The position numbers were made by a program, and so were the translations under genes. Shown in pieces: positions 1-12,669 of a DNA stretch of 56,280 nt (position 1 is its first letter; the number at the start of each line of letters is the position of its first letter). The notes under the pieces were generated by a model that saw only the letters and a list, made by a program, of their open reading frames with translations, made no database searches and was not told the origin of the DNA. This DNA comes from Neovahlkampfia damariscottae (taxonomy: Eukaryota). The stretch lies in assembly GCA_016618085.1 (NCBI GenBank), contig JABLTG010000134.1, positions 1 to 56,280 of the forward strand, written 5' to 3'.

Positions 1-2
1 GC

Positions 3-773
3 CTTAAACAAGAAATTGAATCATTAGTTGAACAAGGATGCTTATTTGAACTTGAAAATGATTCTATTTTTATTCCTTTAATTTTTTTTGAAATAATTTT
101 AAATAACATCTATGGATGGGATGATTTCAAAAATATGATATCAAAATCAATCAAAGGAAATATTCAAGCAAGTGATTTTGAACAATTTCCATTATATTTT
201 TATTCATTTAAATCATTTCTTTATCGAAAATGTAAAATAGAATCAAGTTCATTTGAAGAGTTTTTTAAAGGAATGTATATGCATGATTTATTAAAAAAAA
301 GAAAATTAACTTTTAAGTCTGAAATGGAAATAGAATTTTGTCAAACTTCAGAAGTGAAAGATCTTAAAAAAGTTGTTTTGAGAAGATCCACTAATACTTC
401 TGACATATCGAATGATTTTATTGCTCTTTATATTGGAAAACAAGACTCATACCAAGATTCTTTAATTATTTTTCCTCAGGATTCAAGTTTATTTCGAATT
501 GAATGTAAACTCAAAACAACTATTGATGGACAAGTAACTTTAAGTGGAATATCGGATGATTCTTTTGAACAAGAACAAAACAAAGTAAATAATAGTCCAT
601 GTAAACTTGAAAATAATTATTTCATTTTCATTACCAATGCAATAATGTCAACAAAAAAATTGGAGGTTGTCGACATCAAAAGTATGTTTGTAAATAGAGA
701 TCTTTGGACAAAGACTTTTTCAAAAATATTTGAATTTTTCAAGGAATATTATTATGAAAATGATGAAAAATAA
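3..773 (+). CDS. 5'-truncated Crinkler-like protein, C-terminal PD-(D/E)xK restriction-endonuclease-like domain
   Basis: Frame is open from the window start (LKQEIESLVEQGCLFE...IFIPLIFF) into the 212-aa ORF. FE...QDSLII...FRIECK...FIFITN resembles the CR-REase domain that follows the NTPase/wHTH in Crinkler effectors. Confidence 0.45.
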   Translation, partial: LKQEIESLVEQGCLFELENDSIFIPLIFFEIILNNIYGWDDFKNMISKSIKGNIQASDFEQFPLYFYSFKSFLYRKCKIESSSFEEFFKGMYMHDLLKKRKLTFKSEMEIEFCQTSEVKDLKKVVLRRSTNTSDISNDFIALYIGKQDSYQDSLIIFPQDSSLFRIECKLKTTIDGQVTLSGISDDSFEQEQNKVNNSPCKLENNYFIFITNAIMSTKKLEVVDIKSMFVNRDLWTKTFSKIFEFFKEYYYENDEK

Positions 774-985
774 ATAGTCATTCAAAATGAAAACAATTAA
801 TTTGATTGGTTGTTTTTTCAAACTTGAGTTTCAATTTTCCTTCATTTATGTTGGGCAATTTCAAAAAAGGTTCTAATTGTGTATTCAAATTCGCATTTAG
901 AAGGGTTTAACCAATAAAAAAGCAATTTCAATTTTATTACCATTAAATTGTGCCACCCCCCAGTAATTGTTGTTGACATTCAGTG

Positions 986-1226
986 ACCAGTTTTTATTGT
1001 CGGGTCATCTGGTAGGTTGGTCAGCTCTTAGAATCCTTTCCTGTAAAATTGAACCATTTTTTAAAAGTTTCAGATTTTCCTAAAACCACCTTACCATTTT
1101 ACCACGAATTTTATTTTACCAGTTTTTATTTTCCGGTCATTTGGTAAGGTGGTCGGACCACTTAATCCTTCCCTGTAAAATTAACCATTTTATAAAATTC
1201 CAAAAACCACTTTACCAGATTACCAG
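986..1226. repeat. Degenerate tandem direct repeat, 2 copies, period about 132 bp
   Basis: ACCAGTTTTTATT..C.GGTCAT.TGGTA.G.TGGTC...AATCCTT.CCTGTAAAATT(G)AACCATTTT...AAAACCAC.TTACCA starts at both 986 and 1118. Confidence 0.8.
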
Positions 1227-1476
1227 TTCCTTATCTTATTCCTTTGTGTTCTAATTTAATTGGTAAAGTGGTAATTGTAAATTAAAGTAATAAATTAAAT
1301 GTTTCAATTAGATTGGAGTTATTAAATTGCTCAGAGCGAAGCCGGAAGAGAAACCGTCAGGTTTTGAATTTCCTTCATTGTGTAAAATAAACCTTGGTTT
1401 ATGTCACAGTCCTGCCACACACCTTATTCACATCAAGAAAGTAAGATCAAATTTATTTAAATTTTAGAACCAAGGA

Positions 1477-2084
1477 TTGATTAAGGGTAGATTTGGTTCA
1501 ATTATTTTGAAACTTCTTTTGTTTTTGAAGTTTATCAACCGTGATATTGTCACATTAATGGGGTTGCGTCTGTTTATGCCATATTCTTGTTTTTGGCCAT
1601 TGCAACATCATCTGTTTCGCTGTTTCGCTGCAACACAAATTTTCATATCATATACAACGTTCTACTAGTATTTGGGTTGGTTTTGATGCTCTTCAATATT
1701 GCTCTTTCGATGTTAGATGGTATTTTAATTTGTGTTGACACTTTCAAAAGAAATCTCAAAAAAAGTTTGATAGATTCAGATCCTTTTTACTTCAGATTAC
1801 AACAATTTTTTGGAATTGTTAGTTTTATGACGTTGGTCTTTGTATTTTTCTTAATCATTTTTGGAATCTCAATACTAGAAAGAGGATTGGATATTTGCTC
1901 TGAAAAATATATTCTTTACTTTGCTTCTGCTGCCATGACTATCATACATTTTTCATTGATTTTTTATTTCGCAGGAATTGTGCTTTTATTGTCAGTCATA
2001 CGAGTTATCTGGAAGAAATTAAAGAACTGGTTAGAAAGAACGAAAACCGAGAGTGTTGATAATTCAATTTTAGAGTTTGAATGA
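1477..2084 (+). pseudogene. Fragment of a multi-pass membrane protein, apparently frameshifted near 1560 and without a clear start
   Basis: Hydrophobic helices and a DPFYFRL motif in ORF 1587-2084. That frame has a stop at 1542, while the overlapping 1477 frame supplies a plausible upstream part. Confidence 0.35.
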
Positions 2085-2100
2085 ATTACCTTTTCTGTGT

Positions 2101-2271
2101 CTTTTTTCAAATCACCCCAGTTGGTTTTTGATTTTTTTGAATTATTACATATTTCAAAGGTGACATTATTTTATTCATATTCAATGCATTTGCATACTGA
2201 TTCAGCAACTGAAACTCTTGTATATTCTTTCCAGAACCACCAGTTCCTCCAAGCAACAACACTGTGGACAT
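2101..2271 (-). pseudogene. Internally deleted NAD(P)-binding Rossmann (atypical SDR) gene remnant
   Basis: ATG at 2271 gives MSTVLLLGGTGGSGK (GxxGxxG). An adjacent frame gives TRVSVAESVCKCIEYE*NNVTFEI...NWGDLKKD, resembling the C-terminus of the same family. Two CCAATCA elements lie just upstream. Confidence 0.45.
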
Positions 2272-2309
2272 TTTAAAAAACAAATTGATTGGATTAGAAA
2301 TGATTGGCT

Positions 2310-4892
2310 TTATTTTTTCACAACTGGTTTACAATGAACTTTATGAGTTGGCCAATCTAAATTTTGACATTCTTTTGAACAATAAATTCTATTCAAACAT
2401 CTCCCACAATATTTCGTTGAAATTTCAATTAACAATTTGTTGCAATGAGAACATCTCTTAAATCTTTGATCTTCTTTGATTGGAATCTTGAATTTCCTAC
2501 AAGTACCATCAACAGAAGCTGTTGTTAAAATGGCTGATGCATTTGAAATTTTCCATTGAACACCTAAAATGCAATTTTCATGATGATCAAGTTCATAAAT
2601 TTGTTCACCAGAAAGACAATCAAAAATATAAATTAATCCAGGTTGACCATGAGTACCAACAACCAGATATGAAGATGATAAATCGATGCTTGATATTTCA
2701 TTCACGATATCAAAATAACGCAACAATTTATGAGTGGTTCTTGACCATACACCAATCATATTGGATTCATAAGCACAAATTAATAAATTTTCATCCAAAA
2801 GTAAACATTGAGGAGAACTTAATCCTTTTTGGTTGAAAGAAACATATGTTGCTATTAATTCTTCTGTTTCAATATCAAATTCTCTTAAATCAGTAAATCC
2901 TGCAACAAATAAAGACTTTTTGTCAAACACAATTGATTGAATTGATCCCTGAATACCAAAATAACATTTTTCTTTTTTTGTTTTTCTATCAAATGAAACA
3001 ACATTCTTCCCAGTTGAATATCCAAAAATAATTTTATCAGAATCATAAGCAATGCTCTTAACTTCTTTACAAAGACAATCACTTTTCATTGTGAACACTT
3101 TTTCTTTTTTATCTAAATCAATGATTGACATTGAATGATCAACGTTATAGGTTAATAACTCTTGTTTGTTTAATTTTAATTGTAAAACGTTTGGAGATGA
3201 TATTTCTAAAAATGGTTTGTTTTTGAAATTTAACACATAAATCTTGTCTTCTTCATAATCTTCATAAACGAAATTTTTGTGGCTTAATGTTGAAATTACA
3301 CCATGTTCATCATGAACACTCCAATTAATTGATGAATATGTGATTGATGAAAAATCTAATTTCACAGGAGCTGATTCATTTGATTCAATGAATTCATCAA
3401 AAAAACCAACACTGTTTGTTGAAATTTCACAAAGAAGATCTAAATTCTTTTCAAGAATTTCTTCTTTTTCAGCAATATAAAAAGCTTCTTTATGACGATT
3501 CTATTCAAAATTTAATGTTTAATGATATTTCTTACCAATTTTAATAAACAATTAACCATTAAAGTCAAATCACATTTTCCTAGAGTATAAGAAACATTTA
3601 ACTCTTGTAAACATCTTTTGAATTCATTTTTTTGGTAAAATTCAACTGCATGTTTATTTGATTTTTCTGAAATTTCCAACATTTGATTTGAATGATATTT
3701 TTGACATTTCAATAAAGTCTTATGACATTTTTGACAATTTCTCACTAAATAATCATCTTTGGGTATTTTAACATTAAAAATTTCTAAAATAGTTTCCCAA
3801 TTGTCATAATTGAATAATTTTTCAGATTCAAATTTATCTCTTAACACTGGAATAGCATCTTTCACTTTACCTCGACCCAGTCCTTCAATTAAAATTTTAG
3901 TCATTTCGCCCTAATATGAAATAATTAATTTTTTGTTTTATTTACGCTCATTAGATTATTATCATCTTTGATTAATTCTAAAAAAATTTTTTTAACTTTC
4001 GAAAAAAATCGATCATTCTTTTTATCTAAAATTTTCGAAAAAATTTTCAATATAAAAATTCTAATTGAAGTTGGTGCTTTAGAATTCTTTTTTTCTTAGA
4101 AAAAATCAAAAAACTTACAACAACAACCATTTCTGCAGGGATATAAAATTTTTCAAAATTTCCTTCACAAATTTTATCAAAATTTAATAAATCAATTGGT
4201 TCAGGTGATTTAAACATTAAAAGTAATTCTAAAAAGTGATCTGATGTTAACTCAAATTTCAATAAAATTTGTAAAATAATTTTTTGTTTTCTTTTTAAAT
4301 TTATGCTTCTCAAAAGAATAAATAACTGTTCAAAATGTTCAACTTTGAAACCTAATTTTTTTGAAATATCTTTTGTTATTCTAATTTCTTCACTTAAAAA
4401 TTTGATACTGAGAAATGGAAATTTTAATTCTTCAAGAGTGTAATATTCTTTGATAAAAAAGTCTTGTTGTAACATTTTGACAACAGATTCACTTATTTTT
4501 TGTTTTAATTTGGTTATATTTTCATTATTTTTATCAATAGATTTATCCTTTTTTGCACCAAGATCAACTGTTTCACTTGCTTCACAAAATCTTTTTAGTT
4601 CAATCAAACTGTTTGCTTTTCTGAAATAACCCTATAGTTTTCGGGTTAATTTGAAATAGATTTTTACCTTAAACCAATTTGGAGATAAATTAATAGCAGT
4701 TTCTGCGTCTTTCAATGATTTTTCAAAATTTTGGAGTTTGAAAAAAATTAAACTCCGATTTGAATAAAGTTCGTGGTTATCAGGTGATTTTTCAATACCT
4801 GAAGAATAATATGATAACGCTAATTCAATATTTCCATCTTTTAAAGCTTGGTTTCCTTGTTCTTTGAAGTCTAAACTAAAGTTAAAATCCAT
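2310..4892 (-). CDS. TPR + WD40 + C-terminal MYND zinc-finger protein (single gene, 4 introns)
   Basis: ORFs 4632-4919, 4047-4607, 3512-3904 and 2310-3365 join in frame through short GT-AG introns (WFK|GYFRKA, LMS|GEMTK, LKL|NRHK). Contains STI1-type TPR (KEQGNQALK...YSNRS), WD repeats (TASVDGTC) and MYND CxxC...CxxC...YCSKECQ..DW..HK..C. Confidence 0.8.
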
Positions 4893-5004
4893 GCGGTTTA
4901 TTGTCCAATCATTTTCCAAGAATTTTCTATTTTAAAAAAAATTTCTGTTTCAATTCTTTTGAAATTAATATTTCAAAAAAAAACAGTCATTTACTTTGAT
5001 ATTT

Positions 5005-5033
5005 TGATTGGATGTGTCACAATAGACCAATCA
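5005..5033. promoter_or_regulatory. Inverted pair of CCAAT boxes in a divergent promoter
   Basis: TGATTGG at 5005-5011 and CCAATCA at 5027-5033 lie between ATGs at 4892(-) and 5051(+); a third copy is at 4905. Confidence 0.55.
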
Positions 5034-5050
5034 ATTAGCTTTTCAGTGCG

Positions 5051-7118
5051 ATGGGAAAAAAGACAGCAGAACAAAAGTTAAGAAGACTTAGTACTTTCAT
5101 TCAAGGTGCTTTTAAAAGCAAGTCAAAGAATTCAGAAGCCACAAAAGATAAAGCTGTAGAAAATCCAATGCAATTTTTTGAAAAAGAACAAGAGTTAGAA
5201 AAATACGCATTGAAATATAATGCAGTATATGATGTGAAAGAAATTGGAGATTTATTCTATGCTTTCTTGAAAGAAGGTAAAAAAAAAAATTCAACCAACA
5301 AATTTTTAGAGTACAACACACCACCTTATGAATTCATTTTAGAATATGATGCTCTAGAAGAAGATTATCCAGATACTACAAATGTAAAATTATTTAAAAA
5401 AATCTGGAATTCTTATTATGATGAAAACTCACCAACAGAATTAAACATCTCTGCAAAAATTAAAAAAGAAGTAGTTAAGAAAGTTGAAGAAACAGGACAA
5501 TTAACAAGTTCAAAATGGGTTATTGATACATCATTAAAACAATTATTTTTCAAAACAGCAAAATTAATGAAAACTGATTTAGGAGCTGACAACTTTCCAA
5601 GGTACAAAAAAAAATTACAATTAATTAATTCTTAAAAGATTTGTTGAATCTGATGCTTGGAAAGAAGCTCAAGTTAAATATCATGGAAATGATGAAGTTA
5701 TGGAAAAATTACAAATTTATGATATTGAAGAATCCAAAGACAAAAATTGGGATAGAAAAGGTGATGCAAAAGAAGAAGAATTAGGAGAAGAACAAAAATT
5801 AGAATTAGCTAAAAAACATTTAGCTGAAGGTCTTGATCATTTCAAAAACAAAGAATGGGAAAAAGCATATGATTCTTTCACACAAGCAATTGAATTTAAT
5901 AATAAATTAAAAGAAGCTTATTTCAATCGTGGTGTATTGAATTACAATGCTAAGAAATATGTTGATGCTATTTCAGATATGCTTTATGTTGTTGAAATGG
6001 ATCCTACAAATGCTAAAGCTTTAAGTATCAGAGGTATGAGTTTAAAAATCACAGGTAAATATGAAATGGCTGCTGTTGATTTAGGAAAAGCATTAGAACA
6101 TGAAGAAATTCCAAATAATTATATGTTAATAGGTATTTGCTACGATGCAATTGATGAATTAGAAAAAGCTATTGATGCTTACACCAATTATATTGAAAAA
6201 ACCAAATTAAAACCAACTGATTCCAAGGAACTTTTTAAAGTTAATATGATGTCAGTTCTTCATAATAGAGCTCAAAATTACTTCCAATTAAATCAATATC
6301 AAAAATCAATTGATGATTACACAAAATCAATAGGATTATGTGATCATGATGATTTTGTCAGAGAAATGAAAGGAAAAAGATCAAAATGTTATACAGCTTT
6401 GAATATGTACGAAGAAGCTAAAATTGATTATATTGAATCAATGCAAAACAATGTTAATGAAATTTACAATGAAGCAATTAAATTATTTTATGCAAAAAAA
6501 TATGTTGAAGCTCTTGATACAGTCAATGCTGCAATTGAAATTAAAGATGATGATTTCAATTTTTATTATGTTAGAGGTGTATGTAGTAAGACAATGGGAG
6601 ACCCAAATAGTGCAATTGTTGATTTTGAAACATGTTTAAAATTGAATCCTGATCACACAAAAGCAATGTTCCCATTAGCAAAATTATATGTGAAAAAAGA
6701 AAAATTCAAATCAGCATTGAAATATTATGGTATTTTAATTGAAAAAGAACCAACTCCTGAACTCTATCTTGATCGTGGTGTAATATTAAGTGAACTTGAA
6801 GGTTCAGAAGAAAAAGCAGTTTCTGATTTTACAAATGCAATTAAATTGAATGAAAATTTTATGGATGCTTATGAAAATCGTGGAATTTTATTAAAACAAA
6901 TGGAAGAATTTGAAAAAGCCATCCCAGACTTTACAAAACTTTTGACTAGATCAACAGTTGATCCTGATATGTATGTTGAAAGAGGTATGTGTTATTATGA
7001 ATTAGATGAAGAAGATAAAGCTGTTGCTGATTTCAAAAAAGCACTTGAAATTGATCCTGAGAATGAAAGAGCACAAGATCTTCTTGAACAACTTACAGAA
7101 GAAGATGATGAAGAATAA
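5051..7118 (+). CDS. N-terminal RGS domain fused to a long TPR array (2 introns)
   Basis: RGS motifs FYAFLKEEYN..PYEF, SPTELNIS and DNFPR|FVES, followed by about 10 TPR repeats in ORF 5700-7118. Confidence 0.75.
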
Positions 7119-7125
7119 ATATTTT

Positions 7126-7932
7126 TTATTGTTGTTTGCATTGTGTATGATCAAATGGGCAATCAGTCATTGTATCAGAACTTTCTTCTTCATCTTCATC
7201 TTCATCTTCTCCATGAATGACTGGACATTTCCCGCCTTTTTTAATCAAATCATCATGATTAGAAGGCATTTCCATGTTTTCTTGTTTTTTTTCAAATGAG
7301 GTCAATATGATGTTGAAATTTCTTCTTGATTTGATTGTAGCAGCACTTTCCATTACTGACAAAGAAACAACTCCAGTGTATGAATTTGGTTCAAATAATT
7401 GATAAATTGGAGTGTCTAAATTATTGAAACATTTTTTCTTTTTTATCAATTTTAGTTTCAAAGGAGCATATAAAATTTCAGTGGTCGATTTATTGAAAAT
7501 TACAGGTTCAGAATAATTCATTTCATCAACAAAATAATCTAAAAGTGTTTGAAAATTATACTTTTTTTCTGGTTCTTTAAAAGTTATTATTTTCAAAAAA
7601 CTTTTTAAATCATTTTTTGATAGAACTGGGACATTTTCTAAATCTCCCGTTTTTTGATCAACTTTTACAATGTATTTTTTATCTTTAGAATTTTCTGATT
7701 TATCATCTGGGTTTAGTTTGTGGTGATGTTCGACATGAAGTTCTATGGTATTGCCTTGTTTTTTGTATTTTCCACTTCTCATAAAATTGTAAACTGTTTT
7801 TTTATCATTTTGGTAAATTCTTTGTGAAAATGTGTCATTTTCACGTAAATGTAAAACGTGGTTATGTTCTTCTTCACCTTCAAAGTGAAAAATATAAGTA
7901 CCATCAACAACCAGTTTGTTTTCAATTTCCAT
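7126..7932 (-). CDS. Hypothetical protein (268 aa) with acidic tail and C-terminal CP motifs (KCPV, DCPF)
   Basis: Intact ATG-initiated ORF; no family recognised. Confidence 0.6.
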   Translation of the reverse strand: MEIENKLVVDGTYIFHFEGEEEHNHVLHLRENDTFSQRIYQNDKKTVYNFMRSGKYKKQGNTIELHVEHHHKLNPDDKSENSKDKKYIVKVDQKTGDLENVPVLSKNDLKSFLKIITFKEPEKKYNFQTLLDYFVDEMNYSEPVIFNKSTTEILYAPLKLKLIKKKKCFNNLDTPIYQLFEPNSYTGVVSLSVMESAATIKSRRNFNIILTSFEKKQENMEMPSNHDDLIKKGGKCPVIHGEDEDEDEEESSDTMTDCPFDHTQCKQQ

Positions 7933-8063
7933 CTTTTTTCAAATGAAATTATTGGTTGAAAAAAATGGGAATTCTTTTTTTTTTTTTTTTTGAAAGAATT
8001 CATTCAAGAATAATTTTCAGAACTTTGATGTAATTTTAGTTTTCTGATCCAATCATCATCAAA

Positions 8064-9164
8064 ATGTCTCAACAACAATTAAAGGAAGTACTGAACGAAT
8101 TTGCAAAAGAAAATGGACTAGAAGAAGGTAAAACAAAAATAAATTAAATTAGAAGAATTAATGCAATTTCTGATGCAATTAAGTTTGCAACAAAAAGAGC
8201 AAGAAGAACCAGAAGAAGAAATCAAAGAACAATTATTCGAAACATATGATTTAAAAGGCATTTCTTCATACATTAAAAATAAAAAGCCACAAAAAATTCT
8301 AGGTTTAAAAATTTCCATTTTTTTAAACTCTTAGTTATGACTGGAGCTGGTATTTCAACAGCAGCTGGAATTCCAGATTTTCGAACAAAAGGAACAGGTC
8401 TTTATGATAACCTTCAAAAATATAACTTACCTTATGCTGAAGCCATTTTTGATATTGAATATTTCAAAGAAAATCCAAAACCATTTTGTGTATTAGCAAA
8501 AGAAATGTGGCCTTCAAACTTTGAACCAACACCTTGTCACTACTTTATAAAACTTTTAGAACAAAAAGGTGTTTTACTCAGAAATTACACACAAAACATT
8601 GATACACTTGAAAGAGTAACTGGAATGAGCGAAGAAAACATTGTTGAAGCACATGGTTGTTTTGCAAATGGACATTGTGTTGACTGTAAAAAACCATTCT
8701 CAAAAGAATGGATCAAAGATGAAATTTTTGATGATAAAATACCAATATGTGATAAATGCAAAGGACTTGTTAAACCTGACATTACATTTTTTGGTGAAGG
8801 ATTACCTGAAAAATTTCATGATCTTTTACCTGATGATATGAAAAATACAGATTTATTAATTGTAATTGGAACATCATTGGTTGTTCATCCATTTGCTTCT
8901 ATTGCCACAAGGGTACCAAATCATATTCCAAGAATTTTAATTAATATGGATGAAGTTGGTCCATTTTGTACTGAATCAAAAAGAAATGTTAGTCTCTTAG
9001 GTGATTGTCAAGTTAAAATTATTGAATTAATGAAAGAATTGGAATGGTTTGATGATTTTTCAAAAATAATTCCTGGGCATACAAAATCATTCAAAGAAGC
9101 ATTGGAAAAATTAGAAAAACAAGATGACGATAAAAAATCAAAAGAAAATGAAAAAACTGAATAA
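8064..9164 (+). CDS. SIRT2: Class I sirtuin NAD-dependent deacetylase (SIRT2/Hst2-like)
   Basis: GAGISTAAGIPDFR, YTQNIDTLE, EAHG, CxxC...CxxC, KPDITFFGE, GTSL. Introns at about 8128-8152 and 8302-8334. Confidence 0.9.
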
Positions 9165-9165
9165 T

Positions 9166-10464
9166 TTAATTATCATCTTTGAGCCATTTTAAATTATTTG
9201 CAAGGTCTAAAAAAATAAATTAATTAATCAACTTACTACAACGAATTCGTTTTAATTGGCATTCTGTAAATGAATATCCACAAGATCCATAACTCATTGT
9301 ATTTAAATATGGGTTATTCCAAGAAATACGACGTGGATTGCATTGATCTGCATATTGTCCAGTTGCAGGAAGGCGAGCTTGGCACGCCCAATTTCTTGGT
9401 ATTGGTGTAGTATCTTCGCAAAGATCACCTGTAGAATTTGAAGGAGTGGATTCATAGCATTGTGAACATTGTCTAACTTCACTGATTCCTCTAAATGTAC
9501 TGTAATGAAGATGTTAATGAATAATTAAAATTACTGAAATAATCCAAGACCATGTCCAAGTTCATGAGGAAGAGTTGGTGATCTTCCATTGACTACATCT
9601 TTATTCATGAATCCAATCCCAGAATATGAATTAAAAGGAAAATACTTTAAAAAAATATTAAAAATGATGTAACTAACCATAAATCCTAAAAGACGAGTTT
9701 CAGAAGGTACTCCAGCAATGAGAATAAATGCACCAGCAGATCTGAAGTTTGATCCTTTTTCCTTGAGTACAGCCGAAACTACTTTATTTGGGTCAAATGT
9801 TGAGTAATCTGAGCGACCATCTGAACCTCTGCATGGATAAAATGTGAGATAGGATTTGAATGAAATTCCAACATTTTGGTAAACTCTATTAATAAGACCA
9901 GTGGATTCACCAATTCTTTGTGCAGCTTCATTTGACCATGTAGTACAATTAAAAACCATCCAATGCAACTTGAGTTTTCTATTTGGTTTGGTAGTGAATG
10001 TGTTTCTTGTTGTTGGGTTATCACAAACTGAAGTGGTACAGCTGTCTTTTTTTTCAATGTTCGGGTGGATATGTTCATTACCACAATGACCATGATGTTG
10101 AAGTTCTAGTTGATTTCCAGAAACTTCAATTGAAGTATGAAGTGTTTGGACATTTTTCAAAATTTCTTTTTGTTTTTTTTGAATACCTGTTAATTTCACA
10201 CACTTTCCAAGATTTTCTAAAGATTTAATGATTAAAATGAACCAATTTACTGGTTGTTTTTTTGCAGACTTCAAAAAGCTGTTCATTGCATTGATGATTT
10301 TCTTCACAAAAATTTGATGGTTTGAGAAGACAATCACCAACTTTATTTCTATCATGTGAACAGTAGTGAGTTTCTTTGCATTCAAGGTTACTTTGACAAC
10401 TGTTGAATGAATACTTGCTCATAACAACAATAAAACATAAAGTCAAAACTAATAACACCTTCAT
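9166..10464 (-). CDS. Secreted M43B pappalysin-like metzincin metalloprotease
   Basis: Signal peptide, Cys-rich N-terminus, spliced HELGHGLGLFHTFRGISE...GDLCEDT...NTMSYG (Met-turn)...FTECQLKRIRC. Confidence 0.8.
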
Positions 10465-10656
10465 ACTTCCTTCTTTTTCTAATTTTTGAACAGACGATTT
10501 CTCATGACAAGAAGAGTTTTAATAGGTCATTGCTGATTCACCAACGACAAAAATAAACGTCAAGAGGTTTCGAAATTGATTGGACAAAAATATCACACAT
10601 TTTTATGATCATGTATAAAAAATTCTCCACTCTTTCTTGCACTGAGAACTTAAAAT

Positions 10657-11887
<1,231 letters not shown>

Positions 11888-11939
11888 TTTCTTTCTAATG
11901 CTTCGACCAATCAAAATTATTCAGTTTGTTTTGAACTAA
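11888..11939. promoter_or_regulatory. 52-bp bidirectional promoter (TDH / Maf) with a central CCAATCA
   Basis: Divergent ATGs at 11887 and 11940; CCAATCA at 11907-11913. Confidence 0.6.
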
Positions 11940-12590
11940 ATGAATTTAATTTTAGGAAGTAGTTCAAAATGGAGAAGAGAAACTATTGAACAATGGTATC
12001 CAAACAAAAAAATAATGATGATTTCTCCAAATATTGATGAAAAAGCAATTCGTCATGAAAATCCAAACGAAATGGTAAAAAAAACAACTGATTCATCAAA
12101 AAGGTTCAATTAATAGCTCAAGGAAAAGCAAATGAAATAATTAATAATAGATTGGAAAAAGACCATCCAGAGTCCATTTTAATCACTTGCGATCAAATTG
12201 TTTTATTTAAAGATAAAGTGAGAGAAAAACCTGAAGATATTGAAGAAGCTAAAAATTTCTTAAGATCATATGAATTTGGACCAGCTGTCTGTGTCAATGG
12301 AATAGTTGTCACAAACACAAAAACTAAAAAAACTGTTTGTGGCTATAACAGAGCATCTATTCACTTCAAAAAAATTCCTGAAGATGTAATTGATAAATTA
12401 ATCAAAGAAGGTGATGCAATGAACTGTTCAGGTGATTTTTTTCAAATTTTTTTATTTATTTTTAGGAGGATTTGCAAGCGAAGAAGAGAACATGCAACCT
12501 TTTATTGAAAAAATAGAGGGAACAAGAGATGAAATATTAGGAATGCCAAAAGATTTAATCTTTTCATTAATACAAAAAATTTGTGAATAA
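11940..12590 (+). CDS. Maf-like nucleotide pyrophosphatase
   Basis: MNLILGSSSKWRR, NIDEKAIR, AQGKA, ITCDQIV, REKP, ILGMP. Two short introns. Confidence 0.88.
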
Positions 12591-12669
12591 AAAAAAAGTT
12601 TCCAATTTAAGAAACAACCAATCAGATCATTTTTTGTTTCCATTTTGTTTTGCAAAGAATTCACAAACA

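Noticed and set aside
10605..10646. ATGATCA...CTGA as a box C/D snoRNA
   Set aside because: Too short, with an imperfect C box and no convincing guide or terminal stem.
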